20,000 nucleotides of DNA from an uncultured virus (IMG/VR IMGVR_UViG_3300025879_001642). Its lineage: Duplodnaviria; Heunggongvirae; Uroviricota; Caudoviricetes. Within the stretch, counting starts at the first letter, position 1; each line of letters begins with the position of its first letter. Both the position numbers and the translations under genes were made by a program. This document shows positions 8,163 to 15,602 of this stretch, in pieces. A model generated the notes under the pieces. The model did no database searches and was not told the origin of the DNA. It saw only the letters and a program-made list of their open reading frames with translations. The DNA is taken from IMG/VR virus record IMGVR_UViG_3300025879_001642. The stretch is one strand, 5' to 3'.

Positions 8163-9059
8163 TTAAAAAATCTTATAACCTACAGTTAACCCGATACCGA
8201 TTGATGGAGTGAACACTCCATTACCATAACCTAAGTTTAATGTCGGTCCAATCATCGCGCCAAAACCTGTCCTCTTTCTTTTAATCACAGGTAGTGGTAT
8301 CGTCTTAGGTTCTACATCTATAAAGTTTACTCCATCAGCATATGGTATATTCAATATACTACTCGGAATATCCTTACCGTAAATGTCAACAGGGTTTATC
8401 AGAATCCTCGTATTACCGTTTGGTAGTTCTAATTGCCCAATATTTAATGTGAAATTCAAACCATGTGTAATCTGTGTACTCTTAGACGGACCATACTTAT
8501 CTAACAATGTCAATCTTAAAGTATCACCATAAGGTTCAAACGTAAACCACGTCTTAGTCTCAATATCAAAAACACTATTACTCTCTTTAACCTCTAAACT
8601 ATATTCTAAACTGTCAACTTTAGTAACATTTGTAGTCGCATCAGTACTAACCGTCTGAGAAGATACATCAACAACAAATACGTTCTTAACGTCAGATTTC
8701 TCATTCAACTCCTTACTTATTTGACTAATTTTTTGATTCGCATCACTTAGTCTCTTAGTTAGTATGACCGTTTCACTATCTTTAACCCTAACAACATCTT
8801 TTAAGTATGAGAAATTATCCTCATAGTATTTAACACTATCTTTTAATGCATTGATGTTATTAAGAGTTCGATTACTTTCGTTTTTAACATCCACCTCCAT
8901 TCTTTCAATGGTTCCCTTTAACTGTCTGTTAGTCTCACACTGTTTAAAGAATAGAATAATGAACGCAGCAACAATCAACCCTAAAAAAAACTTTGGATGT
9001 TTCTTTAAGAATTGAATAAATGTTGACGATATTTGTAGTATACTACTCAGTATCTGCAT
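8163..9059 (-). CDS. N-terminal TM + coiled coil + C-terminal beta-hairpin envelope protein (spanin-like candidate)
   Basis: TM FFLGLIVAAFIILFF, coiled coil about aa 45-125, beta-rich region, terminus GFGAMIGPTLNLGYGNGVFTPSIGIGLTVGYKIF. Start revised to ATG 9059. Confidence 0.6.
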   Translation of the reverse strand: MQILSSILQISSTFIQFLKKHPKFFLGLIVAAFIILFFKQCETNRQLKGTIERMEVDVKNESNRTLNNINALKDSVKYYEDNFSYLKDVVRVKDSETVILTKRLSDANQKISQISKELNEKSDVKNVFVVDVSSQTVSTDATTNVTKVDSLEYSLEVKESNSVFDIETKTWFTFEPYGDTLRLTLLDKYGPSKSTQITHGLNFTLNIGQLELPNGNTRILINPVDIYGKDIPSSILNIPYADGVNFIDVEPKTIPLPVIKRKRTGFGAMIGPTLNLGYGNGVFTPSIGIGLTVGYKIF

Positions 9060-9570
9060 CTTCAGAGTCTGTTTGTTTTCTTGTAGCAACTAATTTAGCC
9101 CACTTACTTGAGAAAATCTTATAGTACGACCTTAATTTCTGTATCATACTAATAAAGTCGTCATCCACTTTAGTCATTTGACCGTTGAAGTATATTCCGT
9201 TGTTCTCACCTAACGTGTAGAAAAATTCTAAGTCAAATTTAACTAACTTACCTGACCACTCAATATTATCAGGGTAAAGGTGTAACGCATCATAATCAAC
9301 TAAATCAGAGACCTGTTCAACAAACTCATCCATTGTTTCTTGGAAGTTCTGCTTTTCGTCAGCAGTGATGTCTAATTCTGATTCACTATATCCGTGTACC
9401 ACAATTTTACCACCCGATACTGTATGTTCTCTTCTTTTTTCTTCAGGTTTAGTTTCAGTGTCTTCACCTGTATCATCGATACTCTGTCTGGTATCAATTT
9501 GTTCTGTAAGAGCTCTCGAACGTCTCAATAAGTTCTTAATTTCGTCGTACTCGTTAATCGTTTTTTTCAT
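9043..9570 (-). CDS. Hypothetical protein with putative head-targeting leader
   Basis: 175-aa ORF starting MKKTINEYDEIKNLLRRSRALTEQ. Confidence 0.75.
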   Translation of the reverse strand: MKKTINEYDEIKNLLRRSRALTEQIDTRQSIDDTGEDTETKPEEKRREHTVSGGKIVVHGYSESELDITADEKQNFQETMDEFVEQVSDLVDYDALHLYPDNIEWSGKLVKFDLEFFYTLGENNGIYFNGQMTKVDDDFISMIQKLRSYYKIFSSKWAKLVATRKQTDSEDADTE

Positions 9571-10156
9571 TTGTCATTTCTATTAATTTATCAAAATCAA
9601 ATGCCGGTGACACTCCTGTGTATAAATCCGAATAATTCGACTTTGATGTTATTCCTTTAAAATTTTCAACCCCTGATACTTTTGTATTATGTCCAACATA
9701 ATCCATTTCAATACCAAACTCTTCAGTCAGTTCTTTGATTAGTTTTGATAGTTCAATATACTGTTCTTCAGTATAAGGGTCCCAAAAACCATAACCTCTC
9801 CACTTTTTCTCAAAGGGTTTATTAAAATAAATATCACCAATCCAGTTCATAAACTTACCAGAGATGTGATGTTTCTTTAACCACCCATTATTTTCTAATG
9901 AAATAATGATGGATTTGTTATCGACTCTCTTCATATCCATATAGTTTGAACTATACTTCGACTCAAAGAATTGCTTTCTATTACCTTCTTTACTTATCAC
10001 AAAATGAGGTACCTTCTCATATTTACCTCCGAAACGATACTTTAACGCCATTAAATAATACCTCACACTTCTCGATGTGTGTGTTAAAATGATTTGCGTC
10101 TTATTTTGTTTCCTTCGTATATGAAAATACTTCCTCTTATCCACCGTATCTGTCAT
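9554..10156 (-). CDS. Amidase_2-like (N-acetylmuramoyl-L-alanine amidase fold) protein, probably inactive
   Basis: QIILTHT, PHFVISKEG, SIIISLEN, YTEEQYIELSKLIKEL, VSPAFDF follow the amidase_2 motif order, but the Zn ligands appear substituted. Confidence 0.7.
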   Translation of the reverse strand: MTDTVDKRKYFHIRRKQNKTQIILTHTSRSVRYYLMALKYRFGGKYEKVPHFVISKEGNRKQFFESKYSSNYMDMKRVDNKSIIISLENNGWLKKHHISGKFMNWIGDIYFNKPFEKKWRGYGFWDPYTEEQYIELSKLIKELTEEFGIEMDYVGHNTKVSGVENFKGITSKSNYSDLYTGVSPAFDFDKLIEMTNEKND

Positions 10157-11546
10157 TTCTTGGAATTATTCTATTACCGACTCTTAAGAATGGTGAAACA
10201 TTATCTTTATCAATCTTTGGTGGAGCAACTTCCTTTAACTCTTCCTCTTCATATGTTGTGTCATCACCCAAATCCTCATCTTCTTCCTCAAAGATAATAT
10301 CTTCTTCAAATTTAAGTTCCTCATCTGTCATATCGCTGACCATATCATTCATAACCATATCTAAAGCGTGGTCTTCGTCAAATTCAACCTCTGTTTTAAG
10401 TTCTTCCTTTGGTTCTTCTTCATCCCACTCCTCAGAATCCTCTATCTCTTCAAACTGATTTCTAAAGTCATACATCTCCTCTTCAGACCAATACAATCCT
10501 TCATACTCATCATTAGGTGTTTCTTCTAACCTTTCCTCAAACCATTTAGGTGGTGTATCTTCCATATCACTATCATCACCAATAAACTCATCCTCAACTA
10601 ACTCTTCTTTAGTTACTGGTTCTTTATTGATTAGTGAATCCTCTATCTTACCTAATTGTTCTTCGGTAAGTACAATAGGTTTTGGTCCCTCGTCTAACTC
10701 ATCTTCCTCTGATTCGTCTTTAGGGTCTTTCTTTATCTTATCGAACGCGAAGTTAGCCGCAACCACCAACGCAATCGCTAATGGGTCAAATACGAATATA
10801 ATAATCAATAATAGGATGTTGATAATACTACCCATATCTGAACCTGTAAGTTCACTTAAGTATTTTAGGGGTCCTAATTCCCCCGCTAAATCAGATTCTG
10901 TCTTTACGTCCAATACTCTCATATCTAAAGAGTTTATTGAATCTGTTGTGACTTCTATCTTTTTAGCTATCTCATTTCTTTGAGTGATAGCCCCATCAAG
11001 CTGAGCCTGTAATGCTCTTCGATTACTTGATGAGGTGGTCGTAATAATCTGACCTGTCTCTCTATCTTTATATTGAATAACATTATTCGCTAAACCGTCT
11101 CTTAACGATTTAATACTCTTATCTATCTCACTTTTCTCCTCTAAAAAATAGGCTCTGTCTTCAGTATATCGATTCTTCTTTAACTCGTAGACCTCAACCT
11201 CTTTATCCACTAACCCTGACTTCGTAGCCGTCTCTTGGTAAGCGGCAGATAAGAATCCGTAAATCCCCGCAGATGTAATTAGTATTAATATGAAAGTTGC
11301 CGTTGTTAAATATACCTTTAACAGTCTATTTAATTGTGACCAATATTGGTATAGTAAAGATGCGATTACCAATTTAGCAAACTCTAACGAACCCGCCATA
11401 ATAATAACCTCAAAAGACGCTCCTGCAAATAACTTACTTAAACCCGTTACCGAATAAAAAGCCGCTGAAGCACTTACCGATAATGCCGATAACGCAATAA
11501 TCGTTGGGAACGTTCTCTTTTTTAACTCATTTAAAAATTTAATCAT
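10137..11546 (-). CDS. Multi-TM membrane protein with periplasmic coiled coil and acidic C-terminal tail
   Basis: Three N-terminal hydrophobic segments, a coiled coil, GPLKYLS...LLIIIFVFDPLAIALVVAANF TM, then about 190 aa D/E-rich tail. Confidence 0.8.
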   Translation of the reverse strand: MIKFLNELKKRTFPTIIALSALSVSASAAFYSVTGLSKLFAGASFEVIIMAGSLEFAKLVIASLLYQYWSQLNRLLKVYLTTATFILILITSAGIYGFLSAAYQETATKSGLVDKEVEVYELKKNRYTEDRAYFLEEKSEIDKSIKSLRDGLANNVIQYKDRETGQIITTTSSSNRRALQAQLDGAITQRNEIAKKIEVTTDSINSLDMRVLDVKTESDLAGELGPLKYLSELTGSDMGSIINILLLIIIFVFDPLAIALVVAANFAFDKIKKDPKDESEEDELDEGPKPIVLTEEQLGKIEDSLINKEPVTKEELVEDEFIGDDSDMEDTPPKWFEERLEETPNDEYEGLYWSEEEMYDFRNQFEEIEDSEEWDEEEPKEELKTEVEFDEDHALDMVMNDMVSDMTDEELKFEEDIIFEEEDEDLGDDTTYEEEELKEVAPPKIDKDNVSPFLRVGNRIIPRNDRYGG

Positions 11547-11580
11547 AATATAGTTTTAATTAATAAATTTAACATACCTA

Positions 11581-11588
11581 CATAAATA
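11581..11588 (-). promoter_or_regulatory. TATTTATG variant of the putative late promoter
   Basis: Sense strand ACTATTTATGTAGG in the gap between sigma70 and the membrane-protein gene. Confidence 0.4.
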
Positions 11589-11597
11589 GTCAAATCT

Positions 11598-12389
11598 TTA
11601 TAAGTAATCGAAAATCACATCAGACTCATTACGTAGTTTTCTTAATGCCTTTTCTTTAATCTGTCTAACTCTTTCTTTTGTCAAACCAAAATCACCACCG
11701 ATATCCTCTAAAGTTCTCGGAGTACCGACAAGACCAAAGTAGTCTTTCACAATCGCATTTTCACGACTATCTAACACATCCATTATTTTGATTAGTTGTT
11801 TTTTAACAATATCATCACCATCTAACTTAGAGTCAGGCATAATCGCATCTGAATCTTCTAAAAGGTCAAACATTGTATCACCCTCATCATTGATGTGGTC
11901 GTCAAAGGTAACCGCATGAGCCAAATTACTTAACTTAGGATTCACATCCTCGATTCTCGTATCACTCTTTTTTGCTCTCTGTACCTCTTGTACTACATTA
12001 ACTGGTAGTCTAATAGTCCTTGCATTCTCATTAAGTGTCTGTAAGATTGATTGTCTAACCCACCATACCGCATATGAGATAAATCTAAACCCTCTCTCCC
12101 AATCGAAGTTTTTAATTGCCTTCATAAGACCTAAGTTCCCTTCGGAAATTAAATCAGACATATCAACACCCTGACCCTGATAATCCTTAGCTACCGTTAT
12201 TACGAATCTTAGATTACCTTCCAATAGTTCCTTATGAACCATATCAATCTCCTGTTGAGTAACGTCCTTCTTAGACATAATCTCTGAAAGTTCTTTCTCT
12301 CTCTCAACTGTTATTACTGGTAATTTCCTTAACTCTTTAAGGTAATGTGAAATCTCGTCTTGGTTAATGTGTGAATTGTATCCTGCCAT
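11598..12389 (-). CDS. rpoD: RNA polymerase sigma70 factor, RpoD/SigA family, Bacteroidota short type (no region 1.1)
   Basis: YLKEL (1.2), GNLRFVITVAK...DLISEGNLGLMKA...FISYAVWWVRQSI...RTIRLP (region 2-3), TLEDIGGDFGLTKERVRQIKEKALRKLR (region 4). Confidence 0.93.
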   Translation of the reverse strand: MAGYNSHINQDEISHYLKELRKLPVITVEREKELSEIMSKKDVTQQEIDMVHKELLEGNLRFVITVAKDYQGQGVDMSDLISEGNLGLMKAIKNFDWERGFRFISYAVWWVRQSILQTLNENARTIRLPVNVVQEVQRAKKSDTRIEDVNPKLSNLAHAVTFDDHINDEGDTMFDLLEDSDAIMPDSKLDGDDIVKKQLIKIMDVLDSRENAIVKDYFGLVGTPRTLEDIGGDFGLTKERVRQIKEKALRKLRNESDVIFDYL

Positions 12390-12401
12390 ATATCTATTTT
12401 T

Positions 12402-12962
12402 TTAATTTTGTTTGTTTAAAAATTCTTTTTCTTCTTCAGTTAGCGAAGATAAACCATTTTCTGTGATTTTATCTAATATTTCGTCTAAATCTAACTCTTT
12501 TGATTTTGTAATGTTCTTCACCCCTGAAACAAATTCCTCGAACATACCGTCTATCTTACCCAATAAATCACTCATATCGGGAAATAATTCCTCATCACTA
12601 AGTAAGTCATTGGTCATATCGATATCGTTTTGCCTTTTTACGATATGATTAGTATCAGTATCTAAGTCGAATAAATGCGTATCCATCCCATCTTTAAAGT
12701 TATGACCTAACTTTCTTGGTTTTGGAGTAAAGATGTAATTAGTTATATAGTCAGGCATCTGACCCTTTATATAGTCATTGATGTCATCAAAAGTCTCTAC
12801 CGACTTAAAACAAATAATCCCTGAACCAATTCCGTGAACAAATTTTAGGTACCCACTGTCCACAACAGGTAATAAGATATCTCTAATGTCTCTGACTAAC
12901 TCAGTCTCACTAATCCAAACTCCATATATGTATAACATATACGACTTGTTTCTTTTTTTCAT
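12402..12962 (-). CDS. Hypothetical protein with C-terminal DUF6576-like helical motif
   Basis: C-terminus LDLDEILDKITENGLSSLTEEEKEFLNKQ resembles the tail motif of Bacteroidota rhomboid proteins. Confidence 0.7.
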   Translation of the reverse strand: MKKRNKSYMLYIYGVWISETELVRDIRDILLPVVDSGYLKFVHGIGSGIICFKSVETFDDINDYIKGQMPDYITNYIFTPKPRKLGHNFKDGMDTHLFDLDTDTNHIVKRQNDIDMTNDLLSDEELFPDMSDLLGKIDGMFEEFVSGVKNITKSKELDLDEILDKITENGLSSLTEEEKEFLNKQN

Positions 12963-12990
12963 GTACTATATCGATTATTAATAATTACCG

Positions 12991-13022
12991 CTAATATACA
13001 ATATTTTTATGGTTTGTATCAA
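12991..13022 (-). promoter_or_regulatory. Bacteroidota-like promoter
   Basis: Sense strand TTG-N21-TATATTAG upstream of the DUF6576-like/sigma70 operon. Confidence 0.5.
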
Positions 13023-13071
13023 TAAATGTCTTTTTTTATTACTTTAAATTAGGATTTATTTTAAACGTAGA

Positions 13072-13079
13072 TATTTATA
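13072..13079 (+). promoter_or_regulatory. TATTTATA motif, putative late promoter
   Basis: GATATTTATAT, 24 bp upstream of ATG 13104. Confidence 0.6.
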
Positions 13080-13103
13080 TATTATTACCAAACAATTTTA
13101 ATT

Positions 13104-13529
13104 ATGAAAAAAACTATAAAATTAACTGAGACACAACTTACTAACGTTATTAAAAACGTCTCAACATCAAAGATTAACGAACAATCAGACGAAGAAGTTA
13201 AAGACATATTTGACTTTGAAGAGGAAGAAGAAGATGATGAGGACGAAACCAATCCTTTAACAATAGCAGGACACTTTAAGGAAAATGAGTTTGGTGAAAT
13301 AGAATTAGATGAAAACGATATTGATGAGTTAACTTCTTTCAGTGAAGGAACACGTAGAAGATTTATCGGTGTAATTTACTATGACGCATTAATCCCAATG
13401 ACTGACGATATCGAATACGATAAGAAAATCGCTTTAGGTATCTTAGAAAACGAAAGAAAGAAAATGGATAACGCTGAGACTTTCTTAGACAAAGCCGAAT
13501 CTATCCACTTTAGAGACAAACTATATTAA
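13104..13529 (+). CDS. Acidic protein with putative head-targeting leader
   Basis: MKKTIKLTETQLTNVIKNVSTSKINEQ followed by a very acidic body; monocistronic, with its own motif and terminator. Confidence 0.8.
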   Translation: MKKTIKLTETQLTNVIKNVSTSKINEQSDEEVKDIFDFEEEEEDDEDETNPLTIAGHFKENEFGEIELDENDIDELTSFSEGTRRRFIGVIYYDALIPMTDDIEYDKKIALGILENERKKMDNAETFLDKAESIHFRDKLY

Positions 13530-13550
13530 ACAACAAAAACATATTATATT

Positions 13551-13590
13551 AAAAAACCCTCACCATTTCTGATGAGGGGTTTTTCTTTTT
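13551..13590. terminator. Bidirectional rho-independent terminator
   Basis: AAAAAACCCTCA-CCATTTCTGA-TGAGGGGTTTTT between the convergent genes ending at 13529 (+) and 13603 (-). Confidence 0.8.
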
Positions 13591-13602
13591 CATAAGTCAA
13601 TC

Positions 13603-14277
13603 TTACCCACGTTTACGAATTACCTCATCGATAATACCGTATTCTTTCGCTTCTGCAGCACTTAACCAAAAGTCTCGAGTCGCATCTTCTTTAACTACGT
13701 TAGCATCCTTACCACAATACTCACCTAACAATTCGAAAAGTTGTTGGTTGACTTTTCTCCATTCCGCCATTGAAATCTCTGCGTCTTGGATATTACCTAC
13801 CGCACCTCCCGATGATTGGTGTAACATTGTTTGTGAGAATCTTAATGAACTACGTTTTCCTTTAGTTCCCGCACCTAATAGTACTGAACCCATAGACGCC
13901 GCCATTCCCGCGTTTACTGTTGCAATATCTGAATTTACATAATCCATTACATCTACCATAGATAGACCCGCTTTCACAGAACCACCTGGTGAGTCAATAT
14001 ACATTGAAATATCACCATCATCTAAATTATCCAAAAACAATAGTTGTGCTTGAACAATAGATGCCATATAATCATTAACAGGACCTGCAACCCATAGGAT
14101 TCTATCCATCATTAATCTAGAAAACACATCCATCTGTGTCACGTTCATTGAACGTTCTTCCAAGATATATGGTGTCATAGAACTCTCAAGTTGTTTGTTC
14201 GCATAGTGAAGGTTCATTGATGACACTCCGTGGTCTTTAGCGAAAAGACCAAAATCTTTAATTTCGTTGTATTTCAT
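13603..14277 (-). CDS. clpP: ATP-dependent Clp protease proteolytic subunit
   Basis: DVFSRLMMDRI, QAQLLFL, YIDSPGGSV, GMAASMGS (catalytic Ser), MLHQ (His), RDFWLSA (Asp), YGIIDEV. Confidence 0.96.
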   Translation of the reverse strand: MKYNEIKDFGLFAKDHGVSSMNLHYANKQLESSMTPYILEERSMNVTQMDVFSRLMMDRILWVAGPVNDYMASIVQAQLLFLDNLDDGDISMYIDSPGGSVKAGLSMVDVMDYVNSDIATVNAGMAASMGSVLLGAGTKGKRSSLRFSQTMLHQSSGGAVGNIQDAEISMAEWRKVNQQLFELLGEYCGKDANVVKEDATRDFWLSAAEAKEYGIIDEVIRKRG

Positions 14278-14300
14278 ACTGTTTTATTTTTATTATTAAA

Positions 14301-14331
14301 CAAAGGTAATCATTCTAATGGAAAAGCACAA
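14301..14331 (-). promoter_or_regulatory. Bacteroidota-type -33/-7 promoter
   Basis: Sense strand TTG-N20-TACCTTTG upstream of clpP, overlapping the end of the previous gene. Confidence 0.75.
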
Positions 14332-14860
14332 TACCTTTTCCTTTTACTTTTTCAAAAGCCGTTTGAAAGCTTCTATACACACTATAGAAATAATCTAACT
14401 CATCTCGAGTAAAGTCAATTGCCTCATTTTGATTATATCCGTATTTGTTTGGTTTGATAACTTCCCAGTTGATAATCTTTTGGTATGCATTAAACACATC
14501 GCTTAATCGACCTGATGTGAACGGACCAATAAACCCGTCACAGTCAGTAAACTGAGTTAAATCTATAAACGGTGTAGGACCATATAAGTCCATTAACTCA
14601 GGATGATTCTCAGCACATACAACACTAATATGTTGTAACATTCTCCTAAATAATCCGTACCCACTATATGAGCCCGCTCTAAATCCATCAATACGTGTCG
14701 AATTGTATAACCCTTCCATATTGTCAGACTGTTCCCAATCATCATGCAAGTAAATTACATCATAACCATACTTTTCGTAAAACTCTTCACTATAAATCTC
14801 TACGTCTTCATCGTATTTGATTTTATCCCCTAAGGTGTAATAACTAATATCTAATCCCAT
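14315..14860 (-). CDS. Hypothetical phage protein (MGLDI-start type)
   Basis: Start revised to ATG 14860 (MGLDISYY...); conserved-looking FRAGSYSGY and FTDCDGFIGP. Confidence 0.75.
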   Translation of the reverse strand: MGLDISYYTLGDKIKYDEDVEIYSEEFYEKYGYDVIYLHDDWEQSDNMEGLYNSTRIDGFRAGSYSGYGLFRRMLQHISVVCAENHPELMDLYGPTPFIDLTQFTDCDGFIGPFTSGRLSDVFNAYQKIINWEVIKPNKYGYNQNEAIDFTRDELDYFYSVYRSFQTAFEKVKGKGIVLFH

Positions 14861-14861
14861 T

Positions 14862-15602
14862 CTATTGTTCTGTTTCTGTAAGGCTATTCCCCATACCCTC
14901 ACTCCTTGACTGACCGGTATAATCTACCTTCGTCGCCACGGCGTTTATATTACTAATATACATCTCTCTTAAGTCAGGTCTGGGGTGTGAACTCGTAACC
15001 GCAGATAAAAACTCATCAGAGACAATAACGTTATTTTTTAAAACGGGTAAGTGGTCCTCAACTAATTTTGTAATACCACCTTCGTTTAATACATAAGTAT
15101 GCGTATTATAGAAGAATGTCGGTCTGATGAAATGTTCTTTACCAATTCTCGCTGGTCTCGGAATGTCTGAGAAATGATTATGTAATGAATTATGACTCAT
15201 CAAACATAAGTCCCAATCGTAATCCTCAATCTCACTGAAGATACTCCAATCGATACTCTCCATCAATGTAAAGTCGTCCTCAAGAATTAAAATATTCTCA
15301 TATCCTTTTTCGTACGCATCCAACCAACACTTAGTGTGTGATATCATACCACCCGCTTCTCCTGATAATGCCTTTCTTTGCCACCACCACCAACCGTCAG
15401 GGTTGTTTAAGTTCCAATGAGGATATAATCGATACTCAGGGAAATCTTCAGGTCTCTCCAATAAATCTTTACCCACAAATCCTGGCATGAACTCCAATAC
15501 CGCATTATTTGGTAGTGGTAGGTCCATAGCTCTTGCAAATAATTCATCTTTGTATTCATCACTCATATCCATAGTGATAATGTAAACTCTATCTAACTTC
15601 AT
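14862..15602 (-). CDS. Glycosyltransferase family 25
   Basis: VYIITM, LSGEAGGMISHTKCW (GExGCxxSHxxxW-like), ILILEDD, WDLCLM, THTYVL..G..KL, SDEFL. Confidence 0.85.
   Translation of the reverse strand: MKLDRVYIITMDMSDEYKDELFARAMDLPLPNNAVLEFMPGFVGKDLLERPEDFPEYRLYPHWNLNNPDGWWWWQRKALSGEAGGMISHTKCWLDAYEKGYENILILEDDFTLMESIDWSIFSEIEDYDWDLCLMSHNSLHNHFSDIPRPARIGKEHFIRPTFFYNTHTYVLNEGGITKLVEDHLPVLKNNVIVSDEFLSAVTSSHPRPDLREMYISNINAVATKVDYTGQSRSEGMGNSLTETEQ

Noticed and set aside
10094..10983. Plus-strand ORFs 10094, 10258 and 10627
   Set aside because: Antisense shadows of the acidic membrane-protein gene.
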